Positions 45,270 to 57,655 are shown, counted from the stretch's first letter. The stretch: 64,000 nt of DNA from an uncultured delta proteobacterium (GCA_963808625.1 CAWEHK010000025.1:32001-96000); one strand, 5' to 3'. Notes: a model not told the origin generated them from the sequence alone. Translations and numbers: made by a program.

Positions 45270-45562
45270 TGGTTGTTGGTTGATGGTTGATGGTTGATGG
45301 TTGATGGTGGAGGGTTGATAGTTGAGGGGTGATGGTTGAGGGGTGAGGGTTGGTGGTTCAGGGTGAGGGCTTCTTTATTGGTTGTCGTGAAGAATGTTTC
45401 TTCAAGGTCATTGCAACCTTGGGCAGCGACTCACATCATTCGGAGCAAAAGAACCTTTCATGAAGATTCATACGGAGGCACATCCATCACCCACCCCCCT
45501 CCATCAACCATCAACCATCAACTCATCAACCATCAACCATCAACCATCAACCATCAACCATC
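45250..45562. repeat. Inverted pair of heptamer arrays (GGTTGAT)n ... (ATCAACC)n
   Basis: G-rich arm 45250-45368, ~120-nt unique spacer, C-rich arm about 45485-45562. Confidence 0.9.
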
Positions 45563-45580
45563 TACCCAAAAAGGTGAACA

Positions 45581-46833
<1,253 letters not shown>

Positions 46834-47001
46834 TGGTCCGGGTCGAGCCAACGTCGAGCCGCAGGCTCAGCTCCAAGCCCAGTGGAACCCGTTGGCGGTA
46901 TTGGTGGGCACGATAAAGCTGTGCCCACCCTACGATGTTTGAATCCGAGGCAGTAGGGTGGGCACGTCTTCTTGTGCCCACCGGAACTGCGCCGGCACTC
47001 A

Positions 47002-47060
47002 GCCACTCGTCACTAACCACTAGCCACTAACACTGTCCACTGATAACCGATAACTGAACT
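47002..47060 (+). repeat. Degenerate heptamer array (CCACTAA-like)
   Basis: Repeated CACT/AACT units directly before the comEC ATG. Confidence 0.65.
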
Positions 47061-47066
47061 CGACCG

Positions 47067-49593
47067 ATGAACACTCAGTTCTTCACTTCCCTGGTCACGT
47101 CCTTTCTCGTGGCTGGTCGTCGCCTTCCTGACCGGGATTGCCGCGGAACATTGCTGCTCCTGGGCGGTTCCGGTGGTCTGGGCAGCGGCAGCGCCCTCTT
47201 CCTGCTGGTCTTGCTCCTGTTCGGACTGGTTTCGCAGGAGTCTCCCTGGCGCTCTCCCATCGTCCCGCTGGTGCTGTTTTGCGTCCTTGGTTTTTGGGCA
47301 GGGCGGCTGGCGAGACCCGAGCTGCCCGCACCGCCTAGCCTTGAACCCTTTTTCGACGCTCCCCAGACGCTTTTTCTCGGGGAAGTGAGCGTCACCCCTG
47401 GATTTTTACCCGGACAAGACGCGGCTCACGGTGCAACTGCATGCGGCGGTGGTTGAAGGCCGGGCGCTGCCGGCCCAAGGAGGCGTTCTCCTCACCCTCG
47501 GCAAGACTCGCAGCATGCCCGCCGAATGGTTTCCCGGCGACCAGCTCGCCCTGCGGTTGAGCCTCAAGCGCCTGCACAATTTCCATAATCCGGGCGGTTA
47601 CGATTACGTCCGCAGCCAGGCAGAGCGGGGAATTTACGCTCGAGCCTATGTTGCCGACGACCGCTTCATGGTGAAATGGACGGCGGCCTCCAACTCTTCT
47701 CCCATGTCCCTTCTGCAGGGGGCACGGAGCGGCCTGGAACGCTTCCGGCAGCGGGCGCTGCTCTGGATCCAGGGCAATCTTCCACCTGACGCGGCGGCAT
47801 TTTACGCCGGACTGCTTCTCGGTTACCAAAATCTCCTTTCCGACTCCTGGCGGGAGCACCTTAACCGGGCAGGAGTCACCCACCTCCTTTCCATTTCCGG
47901 TCTGCACATGGGACTGGTCGCGCTGCTGGTGTTCTGGATCGTGAAACGGCTTTTGCGGATCCTTTGCCCCCCCGTGCTGCGCCGCCTCGATGATCAGCGC
48001 ATCGCCGTGTGGCCGGCGCTTTTGGCTGCTGCAACCTATGCTCTCATCGCCGGCTTTTCGGTCCCTCCGATCTGGCGTTCCATGATCATGCTCACCATTT
48101 GCTTCGGTGCGGCCTATTGGTATATCGCCCCCGATCCCTTCTCGGTCCTTGCAGCGTCGGCCCTGGTCATCCTTCTTGTCGATCCGAACAGCCTCTGGCA
48201 GATTTCGTTTCAGTTGACCTTCGTCTGTATGTTCGCCATCTTCAGTCTCTACCCGAAATTCGAACGGTTTCACCTCACCTCCGTCCACCCGGCATTCACC
48301 CGGAACAAATTCCCGGGAAGAGTGATCGCCCCCTTTGAAGAAGCCTTCTGGCTGTCGGTCGCGGTAAACATCATGGTGCTTCCCCTCACGGCCTATTATT
48401 TCCAGGGGATCTCGCTCGCGGGCTTCCTTGCCAACATCGTGCTCGTGCCGCTCACCGGTTTTCTGGTGCTGCCGCCCGGATTGGCCAGCTCTGGGAATTT
48501 TTGCGTTCAACGAAAAGCTGGCCCTGCCGATTCTGAAGCTTGGCGGCTTTTTTCTTGAGGTTTTTATGGAACTGCTCCAATGGTTCAGCCACCTGTCATG
48601 GAGCTATTTCTGGGTGGGAAGCGTTTCCGCCCTCTTCCTGGTGATGTTCTATGCCGGGCTGGCGCTGCTGCTCTGCCCCTGGCGCCGGCAAAGCAAGGCC
48701 ATCGGCATCACGGTGCTGGTTTTCCTCGGCTCGACCATAACCGTCATGCAGCATGCGCTTCCCCGACCCGGACGAACTCGGGAAGCTGCAGGTCACGGTG
48801 CTTGATGTGGGTCAGGGGAGCTCGACCCTGGTCCAATTTCCGGGAGGGACGACCATGCTGGTCGATGGGGGAGGCTTTTACAACGAAGCGTTTGATCTCG
48901 GACGCGCCGTCCTGGCGCCGTTTCTCTGGCACTGCGGGGATTCACAAGCTCGATTACGTGGTGCTGTCACACGACCACCCCGATCATCGGAATGGTCTGC
49001 GCTTTGTGCTCTCTCACTTTGACGTCGGCTGCCTGTGGGAAAGCGGGCTGACGGAGGGCCCGCAAGGCTTCGAGCGAACTTGCCGCGATTGCCGGCAAGC
49101 GCAGATTCCCGTCAAGCAACTGGGGGAGATTTTCGGCCGGCACATCATCGACGGTTGCGAGGTCAGCGTCATCCACCCGGCCCCATCTTATCTTCAGACG
49201 AAATGGGACGGACGGAACTTGAACAACGCGTCGCTGGTGCTCCAAATCAAGTTTGGCCGAACCACGCTTATCCTCCCGGGAGATATCGATGAATCGGTAG
49301 AACCTGAGCTTTTTCAAGGTCAGACACCGCCTGAGCAATTGCTCCTGGTTTCCCCCCATCACGGCAGCGGCCACTCGAATCCCCCCTTTCTTTTTGACAC
49401 CCTTCAGCCGCAGACGGTTATTTTTTCGTGCGGCTATGATAATCTCTTCGGGTTCCCCTCGGCGGCAGTGCTGGCAGAATGCACAAAACGCCACATCCCG
49501 GTCTTCCGCACCGACCTTCAGGGGGCCATCCGGGCAACTTCCGATGGTTCAAGGTGGCAGGTGCAACCCCTTCGGGGATTCTATTCCCGTTAA
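47067..49593 (+). CDS. comEC: DNA uptake protein ComEC/Rec2 (frameshifted)
   Basis: NPGGYDY, HLLSISGLH, SFQLTF, LDVGQG, SHDHPDH and HHGS motifs. Confidence 0.93.
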
Positions 49594-49740
49594 GGAAAAA
49601 AATTGCGTTTCTTCATCTTTATGGATGCCCGCCAGAAGCATGCGGGGATGGCGATCTGTGACTCTCAGGGCGCTTTGGGTGTTTGAGGCTGCGGAAAACT
49701 TCAGGCGATGAGCCTTATTGGCAACGAGATCTCCTGAGAC

Positions 49741-49769
49741 CTCAACCATCAACTATCAACCATCAACTC
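49741..49769 (+). repeat. (TCAACCA)n array overlapping the galE stop
   Basis: Four units. Confidence 0.8.
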
Positions 49770-50724
49770 TACGCCCTTCCCTGCCGGCAACGAGGTCACT
49801 CACCACTCCCTTTACCGTCTTGAAATCATGTTGGAACCAGCTTTTGAGGAAGGTATTGTCGGCCACCAGTTCCGGCGGGTCGCCGGGGCGAATGGGTTTT
49901 TCCACCACGTTGACTTTCGCGCCGACCGCTTCTTCGACGGTCGTGACCAGTTCCCGCACCGAAACCCCCTGCCCTCGGCCCACATTGGAAATGAGGCGCT
50001 CCTCGGAGGCAATGACATCGAGCGCCCGGATGTGCGCCAGCGCCAGGTCCATGACGTAGACGTAATCCCGGATCGCGGTCCCATCGGGAGTCGGATGGTC
50101 GGTCCCGTAAAGGGTGAACGTGCCCCCGGTCTCGACCGCGCGAATCAGGTTGGGCAGGACGTGAGTCTCCGGTTCATGCTTCTCATAAATCTCGCCTTCG
50201 GGATCGTTCCCGACCACATTGAAGTACCGCAGGGCGGCGAAGTGCAGGCCGATGACCGGGGCAACCGCAGCGACCACCTGCTCACACTGCCATTTGGAAA
50301 GACCGTAGGGATTGGTCGGCTCATGCGGGTGGTCCTCGCGAATGGTCGGCGTCTGCGCATTGCCGTAGGTCGCACAGGAACTGGAAAAAACCAGGCGCCT
50401 CGTCCCTGCCCTCTTCATGGCCTTGAGCAAAGCAACCGTCCCCCCGACATTATTGTCAAAGTATTCTTCGGGGAGCCTGGTGGATTCCTCGACATAGGCC
50501 TTGGCCGCGAAATGAATCACCGCATCCACCTTGAATCCGTTGAGGGCCTGGAAGAGCGCCTCCTCATTCCGGATGTCCCCGTAGGCGAAGGGTCCGAATT
50601 TCACCCACTCCGCCCAGCCGTTGGACAGATTGTCAAAAGCGATCGGGGTATGCCCCACTTTCTTGAGCAACTTGGCCGTATGCGAGCCAATGTAGCCAGC
50701 ACCACCCGTAACCAGGATATTCAC
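49756..50724 (-). CDS. galE: UDP-glucose 4-epimerase
   Basis: LVTGGAGYIGSH, FSSSCATYG, PYGLSK and LRYFN motifs; GTG start after GGAGGAGG. Confidence 0.94.
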   Translation of the reverse strand: MNILVTGGAGYIGSHTAKLLKKVGHTPIAFDNLSNGWAEWVKFGPFAYGDIRNEEALFQALNGFKVDAVIHFAAKAYVEESTRLPEEYFDNNVGGTVALLKAMKRAGTRRLVFSSSCATYGNAQTPTIREDHPHEPTNPYGLSKWQCEQVVAAVAPVIGLHFAALRYFNVVGNDPEGEIYEKHEPETHVLPNLIRAVETGGTFTLYGTDHPTPDGTAIRDYVYVMDLALAHIRALDVIASEERLISNVGRGQGVSVRELVTTVEEAVGAKVNVVEKPIRPGDPPELVADNTFLKSWFQHDFKTVKGVVSDLVAGREGRRVDG

Positions 50725-50757
50725 CGTTCCCTCCTCCGCTTTGCAGGCCCTAAAATC

Positions 50758-50830
50758 CACCGCAGAGGCGCAGAGAACGCAGAGAAAATCCCTTATTTTG
50801 AATCTCTGCGTCCTCTGCGTCTCTGCGGTG
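50758..50830. repeat. 9-mer-unit hairpin (CGCAGAGNN)3...(CTCTGCGNN)3
   Basis: Near-perfect inverted repeat; relatives at about 3500-3580, 4839-4974 and 59449-59592. Confidence 0.85.
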
Positions 50831-51037
50831 AAAAAGAAGAATTTCAACCTTCGCCAAGCACAAATTCATTCCACGTCTCTCATAGCATATTTTCCATGGC
50901 CTTTGCACACTGATCGGAACCCGCCCCGTTACATCTGCGACATCTCTGCCAACGGAGGGCGGGTTTTCCAACCCGCCAGGTGCTCAATCTCCAAATCCCG
51001 CTTTGCCCATCCCCCATCCTATGATCGTTACGCATCC

Positions 51038-51120
51038 CTCATCACTCGTTACTCGTCACTCATCACTCGTTACTCATCACTCGTCACTCATCACTCATCA
51101 CTCATCACTCATCACTCACT
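51038..51120 (+). repeat. Heptamer tandem array (TCATCAC/TCGTTAC)n
   Basis: About eleven units. Confidence 0.92.
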
Positions 51121-51194
51121 CCAAATCCCGCTTTTCCTTTCCCCCTTCTTACGATACTATTCCCCCGCCCCCTACAACCGGAGAACAAACAACC

Positions 51195-52102
51195 ATGCAC
51201 GACCACGAGACCGACCCAGCGACCCATTTTGTAAGCATCCATACCCTTTCCAACCGTTTTGAAGCCGACGTCCTGCTGGACGCTCTGAAGAAAGAAGGGG
51301 TCCCGGCGTTTCTCCGGACCTTCGAAGAAACCGCCTATGACGGGCTCTTCGTCTGCCAGCGCGGATGGGGATGGATTATGGTCCCTGAAGACGTTTCTTC
51401 GCGGGCCCGCGAGATCATCAAACCGCTGCTCGAAGACATTCAATCCCGGACCATCTACGTCGATCCCGCGGAAGTCGATCCCCTGCTCTGGGAGAGGCTC
51501 CGGGAGGCCGATCCCCGGGTCATCTGCAGGAACGCCCAGGTCACATACGATGCGGATCTTGCCGGCTATGTCGTCCCCTTTCTCGGGACCGAATTCCTGT
51601 GCTCGCCCGAGCGCCGGACCATCGAACCGCTCCTCGCCGGGGAGCCTTTCACCACTCCCGATTTTCAGTTTTACCTGGTCCTCCTTCATCATCTCCTGGA
51701 AGCCCAACCCCGCGAGCTTTCCGGCAACTGGATCAGCGAAAAGGAGATTCCGGGTGGCGAGCTCTTTTTTCGCGGCCTCCACGGGCTTCCGCTCGAACCG
51801 CTCACGCAGATCTTTGGCCGCGAGCCCGAACTCTTCCGGAGCGTCGCGGAAAAGCTGGCCGGCATTCCGGCCGCCGATGGGAGACCTGGCATTTCAGTTT
51901 TCCCTCTTTCCCCGGATTCCCTTGCGCCTCGTGCTGTGGGAAGGAGACGACGAGTTCGAGCCGGAAATGCTCATCCGCTTTGACCGAAACCATTACTTCG
52001 CAGCTCGAAAACCTGGATGTGATTTATGCCCTGACCAATGTTTTTTCGAGGACCCTCCAGGCCTGTGCAAAATCATTTTGCGGGAACCTGCCAGAAGGTT
52101 GA
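51195..52102 (+). CDS. DUF2007-like N-terminal domain plus DUF3786-like domain protein (frameshifted)
   Basis: EADVLLDALKKEGVP; WISEKEIPGGELFFRG; FPRIP..LVLWEGDDEF. Confidence 0.75.
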
Positions 52103-52180
52103 AAAACCCTCGCCGCACTCATTCATGTCCGTCGGGGCTACCCGAAAATCGCTGGTCCGCTGGCTCGCCGTCCGCTGTTG

Positions 52181-52327
52181 CTGGTTCCCAAGCTCCAGCT
52201 TGGGAACCAGGGCCGGGGAAGCTCCAGCTTCCATTCGTTGACCGCGGATCCATCCACACGCTCGTCGCTTATTCGCTCGTTCCCAAGCTCCAGCTTGGGA
52301 ACGAGCGTGCGAGAAGCTCCAGCTTCC
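52181..52327. repeat. REP palindromes left of the RAYT gene
   Basis: Two copies of GTTCCCAAGCTCCAGCTTGGGAAC, each followed by GAAGCTCCAGCTTC. Confidence 0.9.
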
Positions 52328-52348
52328 ACTAAACTACAGGAGTGACCC

Positions 52349-52882
52349 ATGCCTCGCAGCCGTTACCGCATACTCCACAGCCAATATCCACACTTCATGA
52401 CTGCAACCATCAACAACTGGCTGCCTCTCTTCACCTACCCCGAAGCGGTGACCATCGTTCTCGATTCCTGGCGGTTTCTACAGCAGAGCAGCCTCTTTGA
52501 GATCTTTGGTTATGTCATTCTCGAAAATCACCTGCATCTGGTTGCCCGTTCCCAAGACCTGAGCCGCGATATACAGCGGTTCAAATCCTACACCGCCAAG
52601 GCAATCGTGAGTTATCTACAGGCCCAAAACGCAACGCCATGGTTGCACCTGCTGGAATGGTTTAAACGCCCGCATAAAGGGCAATCCACCTATCAGGTTT
52701 GGGAGGAGGGCAGCCATCCGCAGATTATCGAAAGCGAAGCCGTGTTGAGGCAGAAGCTGGAGTATATTCATCAGAACCCAGTCAAGCGCGGTTATGTCGA
52801 TCTGGCTGAACACTGGCGTTATTCCAGCGCCCGGAATTATGCGGGGAAAGAGGGTTTGATAGAGGTTTGTAAGACATGGTAA
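52349..52882 (+). mobile_element. REP-associated tyrosine transposase (RAYT, HUH family)
   Basis: HFMTAT, YVILENHLHLV (HUH), FKSYTAK, EYIHQNPVKRG and WRYSSA motifs; flanked by palindromes. Confidence 0.92.
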
Positions 52883-53015
52883 AAGAGAACAGGAAGCTGG
52901 CGCTTCCACACCGGGTTCCCAAGCAGGAGCTTGGGAACCAGCAAAGACATAGTAAAAGAGAACAGGAAGCTGGAGCTTCACCGGGTTCCCAAGCAGGAGC
53001 TTGGGAACCAGCAAA
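52871..53015. repeat. Tandem ~72-bp duplication carrying inverted REP copies right of the RAYT gene
   Basis: Two copies of AAGACAT-GTAAAAGAGAACAGGAAGCTGG...GGTTCCCAAGCAGGAGCTTGGGAACCAGCAAA. Confidence 0.9.
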
Positions 53016-53093
53016 AGTCAGCAAAAGTTTGCCAAGGGTTGGTAATCAACGACACGCCCGACGTCCACCACCATTTCGCAGCCTTCGACACGA

Positions 53094-53321
53094 TCAGGTT
53101 CGCGCTTCACGGCCTTCACGAATAATCTGGACCACTTCCTCTGTCGAGATATTCAGGCAGATGCCCTCACCATCCAAAGGGGAATCGCGGCGAACCTCAG
53201 GGGTGATCAGGAAAACCTGGCCGTCCTTGCGCACTATCCTGACTTCCCCCTCTGTTGCCGCCTGTTCCAGCAAACTCGCAAGGTTCTGCCGTGCCTTTGA
53301 AAAGTTGTAAAGAACAGCCAT
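53094..53321 (-). CDS. Phd/YefM family antitoxin
   Basis: YNFSKARQNLASLLEQA..EGEVRIVRKDG; RBS GGAGGTG. Confidence 0.85.
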   Translation of the reverse strand: MAVLYNFSKARQNLASLLEQAATEGEVRIVRKDGQVFLITPEVRRDSPLDGEGICLNISTEEVVQIIREGREART

Positions 53322-53590
53322 CAGCACACCTCCTTCACCTGGATGCCCATACTCTTCGCAGAGGCAACCAGATTTCGATCGAGCGAAACCAAAACGGCCC
53401 TGTATTTTTGAGCGCACCTGATGATGTAGGCATCGTATGCATAGATGTTCAGCTCATGAGCGATTTTCAACGACTGCTCCAGTTCGACATCGAGAAATCT
53501 TATGGGTATTTTTCCGTACACCTGCAAAGCCTTTAAGGCCTCGTCAGGGGTTATTCTCTTCCGCTTCAGCATGGCCGAGAAGGCATTATC
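53321..53590 (-). pseudogene. PIN-domain (VapC) toxin lacking its N-terminus
   Basis: NAFSAM, IYAYDAYII and LVSLDRNL motifs; first acidic motif absent, replaced by a palindromic repeat. Confidence 0.75.
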
Positions 53591-54357
53591 TCTGCCAACG
53601 GAGGGCGGGTTTTCCAACCCGTTATGAGCTCTTTCCTCGTCATCTCGACCGAAGGGAGAGATCGTTAAATGAACAGCCACAGATGAAGAACTCTCGCTTC
53701 GCTCGAAATGATAGCGTTGCCAAATTATTTAGGAATCGATCTACTAGTGTTCATCCGGAAACTGCGCATGTTTGAGTTCGGACTGAAGGGGAGGGGTTTT
53801 CCCCATATGCATCAAGCTAACTTTACGGCCCTGAAGGGGCTCGATAAATTAGCCCAGGGTCAGCGCTAGCGCCACCCTGGGGAGCCAGGTACAACACGAC
53901 TGTCTACCCTGAAGGGGTTGCATAAAACATAGCGGTACAACGATTTATTTAACCCTATGGACACTATCTAGACAAAGCGCTTAGTTTAGGATTTAATGCA
54001 TCGCCGACAACAATTCCGGTACTCAACGGCTCTTGAAGGAAATCATCTCTCCCAGCCGTCGCCTTAAAGTCATGCTTTATTGCCGTTCCGGGACCTTCAT
54101 AATGATGCTCAAATGCTCCAACAGCGCCAGGGAAGCTTTATCATGGGCATTCGAATTCAGTCCCCCAGCCTCACCGTCGTGGTTGACGATTCGCAAAGCC
54201 ATGGAAGACTCCAAAAGGCCGCCCCCTGGCCGCACCGTCACGGTTCACGATCAAATGAATCAATGGAAAGCAATCGGTCCGGAGCTTGTCCTGCTCCCTG
54301 GTTGTTCAGCGGCATAATAAGGAAATCCAATACGAGGAAGGGAAAGGAGCTTGACCA

Positions 54358-56979
54358 ATGAGCCCAACGGATGATCTGAAATGGCTTCGTGGAGGACGTC
54401 GTTTGATCCGGATGCTGGCTTCCGCCGGCTTGTTCTTCCTCCTGCTTCTAGCGGCGGGGTCGGGACCTCGGGCCGAAGGAACGGGCGCCGATGCCTTCCT
54501 TCGGTTTACGGCCGGCGGTCATGTTCTGGGCTTCGGGAAAAGCGCCCTGTACGTTGCCTCAGCCAACCACATGGTAAAGGTCGATTTGGCTGGAGGACGC
54601 GCGGTGGCGCCAGCCATGGAAGAAGGCGCGGTGTCAGGGGCGGGAGGCGCTTCCGGCAAGGCGCCGCCCCTCAGCCGGGTTGCCTACTCGGAGGTATGGG
54701 ATGGGGTAACGGTGATTTATGAAAAGCAGGACGACGCCATCTTGGAGAGCTCCTATGAGATAAAGGCGGGCGCAGGGAGAAAGGCTCTCGAACAAATCCG
54801 CCTGCACTACAACCGGCCGGTGCGTCTTGATGAGCAAGGCGATCTGATCATCCCCTGCAAAACCGGAGCGATGCGCGAACGCGCGCCAGTAGCGTGGCAG
54901 GAGACCGGCAGCGGGAGAAAGTACGTGACCGCGGCGTATCGCCTCATGAGCGAGCATGAGGTCGGGTTCGAGGTGGGTGACTACGAGGGTGGGCTTCCCC
55001 TCATGATCGACCCGACCATGACCTGGAACACCTTTCTCGGCGGCAATGATACGGATCAAGGCTATGGCATCGCTGTGGATGGAACTGGCAATGTCTACGT
55101 AGTAGGGGACAGTAATGACACCTGGGGCTCGCCTGTGCGCGCTTTTCAGGGTAACGGTGACGCCTTTGTGACGAAGCTTGACAGCAGTGGCAATCTTCTC
55201 TGGAGCACCTTCCTGGGCGGCGACGACTTCGATGAAGGCTTCGGCATTGCCGTGGATGGCAACCTGACCGCGAATGTTTACGTGACAGGATATAGTTGGG
55301 CCGGTTGGGGCGAGCCCGTGCAGGGATTTTCTGATTACAGCAACGCCTTTGCGGCGAGGCTCGCGAGCAATGGTGCGGTTGTCTGGAATACCTTTCTGGG
55401 CGGCGGCGAAGCAACAACCTATGGCCAAGCCATTGCTGTGGACAGTAATGCGACTGCGAATGTCTACGTGACCGGCTGGAGCGATGCCTCATGGGGTCCT
55501 TCGCCAGTCAGGCCTTACACAGGTTTGGATGATGCCTTTGCGGCCAGGCTCGGAAGTACTGGTGGGCTTGTCTGGAACACTTTTCTGGGGGGCAGCGGAC
55601 AGGATGCCGGCTATGGCATTGCTGTGGATCAAAATGGCAACGTCTACGTAGCAGGGGACAGCAATACCACGTGGAGCGAGGTACCGGTTCGACCATTTTC
55701 CGCCGGCGCGGACGCCTTTGCGGCGAAGCTTGACAGCAGCGGCAGTCTTACCTGGTATACCTTCCTGGGCGGGAGTGGCGAGGATCACGGAACCGTCATT
55801 GCGGTGGATGGCAATGCGACGGCAAACGCCTACGTGGCCGGATTCAGCTATGCTTCCTGGGGCTCGCCCGTCAATGCCTACTCGGGGGATGTAGATGCTT
55901 TTGCGGCCAGGCTTTCGAGCAATGGCGGGCTCCTTTGGAACAGCTTCCTGGGGAGCGAGAGCTATGATGACGGCCTTGGCATTGCCGTGGATAGAGACGG
56001 AAGTGTGCTTGTGACGGGTACCAGTACCGCCTCGTGGGGCTCGCCCCTGAGGGCGTTCTCGAATGCCGACAATCCCTCCGCCCACGATGCTTTTGTGGCA
56101 AAACTGAGTAGCAGTGGTTGGCTGACCTGGAATACCTTCCTCGGCGGCGAGCTGGCAACTACGTATGGCACGGCTGTAACCGTGGACACGATTACAAATG
56201 TCTACGTGACAGGTTATAGTGATTACACTTGGGGCTCGCCGGTGAGGGCACATTACCCATACGACCCGAACTCCAGCACCCTTGATGACGCCTTCGTCGC
56301 CAAGCTCCCGTCCACACCAACCCTGGTCGAGGTGGTTTCATTTCGTGCCAAAGCCGGAAGGGATTACATCGAGCTCACCTGGGAAACGGCTTCCGAGGTC
56401 CGGAACGTCGGCTTTTTCCTGTGGCGAAAAGGGAGCGGGGAGCGCTCCTCCGCCCGCATCAGCGGGTTCATTCCGTCCGAGAGCTTGTTTACCCTGGGCG
56501 CGAAGTATACCTATAAGGACATCGATGTGTTGCCGGGTGTCACCTACCGATACCGCCTGGAGGATGTCGATATCCACGACGGGAGAAGCTTTCACGGCCC
56601 GGTGGCGGCAACCATCGGCGATATCGTCACGGTCGCCCCGAAGCAGGGGAAAAAGGTCCCGGTTCGACCACGTCCTCGTTTCAGGTGGACCAGCGAGTAC
56701 TTCGACCGGTTCCGGCTGGAGTTCTCGGCAAGCCCCGGTTTTGAGTCAAAACAGGTGGTCGCCATCCCTCTGCCGAAAACTGGAGTAGCTGCCGCAAAGA
56801 CCCCGTGGCTCACGGCCCAGTCCTACACGCCTTTGGCTCGGGAATGGAAAGCGATCAACCGGCTTGGCTCCGGTGGCGGGCGCGTGTATTGGCGCGTAGA
56901 GGGGAAGAACAAACTGGGCGCCACGTTCCGCTCCAAAGCGAGTCATTTTTCCCTGGACCTCGGGCCTGCGTCCCAATGA
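54358..56979 (+). CDS. Secreted SBBP (seven-bladed beta-propeller) repeat protein
   Basis: Signal peptide; seven ~60-aa repeats W.TFLGG....G.GIAVD..NVYV.G.S...WG...DAF.AKL; C-terminal beta domain starting PTLVEVVSFRA. Confidence 0.9.
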   Translation: MSPTDDLKWLRGGRRLIRMLASAGLFFLLLLAAGSGPRAEGTGADAFLRFTAGGHVLGFGKSALYVASANHMVKVDLAGGRAVAPAMEEGAVSGAGGASGKAPPLSRVAYSEVWDGVTVIYEKQDDAILESSYEIKAGAGRKALEQIRLHYNRPVRLDEQGDLIIPCKTGAMRERAPVAWQETGSGRKYVTAAYRLMSEHEVGFEVGDYEGGLPLMIDPTMTWNTFLGGNDTDQGYGIAVDGTGNVYVVGDSNDTWGSPVRAFQGNGDAFVTKLDSSGNLLWSTFLGGDDFDEGFGIAVDGNLTANVYVTGYSWAGWGEPVQGFSDYSNAFAARLASNGAVVWNTFLGGGEATTYGQAIAVDSNATANVYVTGWSDASWGPSPVRPYTGLDDAFAARLGSTGGLVWNTFLGGSGQDAGYGIAVDQNGNVYVAGDSNTTWSEVPVRPFSAGADAFAAKLDSSGSLTWYTFLGGSGEDHGTVIAVDGNATANAYVAGFSYASWGSPVNAYSGDVDAFAARLSSNGGLLWNSFLGSESYDDGLGIAVDRDGSVLVTGTSTASWGSPLRAFSNADNPSAHDAFVAKLSSSGWLTWNTFLGGELATTYGTAVTVDTITNVYVTGYSDYTWGSPVRAHYPYDPNSSTLDDAFVAKLPSTPTLVEVVSFRAKAGRDYIELTWETASEVRNVGFFLWRKGSGERSSARISGFIPSESLFTLGAKYTYKDIDVLPGVTYRYRLEDVDIHDGRSFHGPVAATIGDIVTVAPKQGKKVPVRPRPRFRWTSEYFDRFRLEFSASPGFESKQVVAIPLPKTGVAAAKTPWLTAQSYTPLAREWKAINRLGSGGGRVYWRVEGKNKLGATFRSKASHFSLDLGPASQ

Positions 56980-57435
56980 GAATCCAGCCGTGGTGATATG
57001 GTTGCCGGTGCCGGCGGCAATGAGGACTCACGCTTCCTCGGGCAAACCCCGGTTCCTGCTGGATATTTGCAGCATCCCTGGTGATCCGGCCTTGACGATG
57101 AAATAGAGGGGCGGAAATCAGATTTTCCTATTGCTTTCAGGCGCATAATATTGTTATACGTAATCGTTGTTATGTAAATGAATCGGGGGTCGTCACAAAC
57201 CAACCTCTTGCGCTAACGAAGAATTGTAAACACATAAATTCAATCACTTATGACAGCGTCCCGGGGTGACGACCCTTGCGTTTGCGTCACATTGTTCGAG
57301 AACTGCTGCCGACGGTGCCGTAGCAAGGTCGGGGTTTATTTTCATCCCTCAGGGTGAACCGTGCTCCCCGTTCATGCCTGTTAAGCCTGGCACAGCGCCG
57401 CATAGAAGCGTGTCCAGGTTCCGTGCTTAGATGCG

Positions 57436-57600
57436 TAGGTTGGGTTTCGTTCCGTTGCGAAACACGCAGATAGTTTTGAATGTCCCGGGGAACGAAACCC
57501 AACAAGGGCCGACCAACTGAAGCGGAATGTTGGGTTTCCTTCCTGATCAGTCACGGCATTGTGAACCGCAATCATGGTGAGGAACGAAACCCAACCTGCG
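57436..57600. repeat. REP-like inverted repeats
   Basis: GTTGGGTTTCGTTCC / GGAACGAAACCCAAC in alternating orientation, four copies (one degenerate). Confidence 0.8.
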
Positions 57601-57655
57601 AGGCTGTTGAACGTGGTATTGTCTTTCCCCCTGAGATGAGTTTTGAGAGGCAGCA

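Noticed and set aside
55020..56310. ~180-bp periodic DNA repeats as a CRISPR array or DGR template
   Set aside because: They are in-frame beta-propeller blade repeats of the SBBP protein, and no reverse transcriptase is present.
57030..57330. c-di-GMP-I riboswitch upstream of the RiPP cluster (GGCAAACC on plus, GTGACGCAAA on minus) and a 10-bp inverted repeat at 57187/57266
   Set aside because: The motif halves are on opposite strands and no GNRA-capped P2 stem is evident. The inverted repeat alone is too weak to assign.
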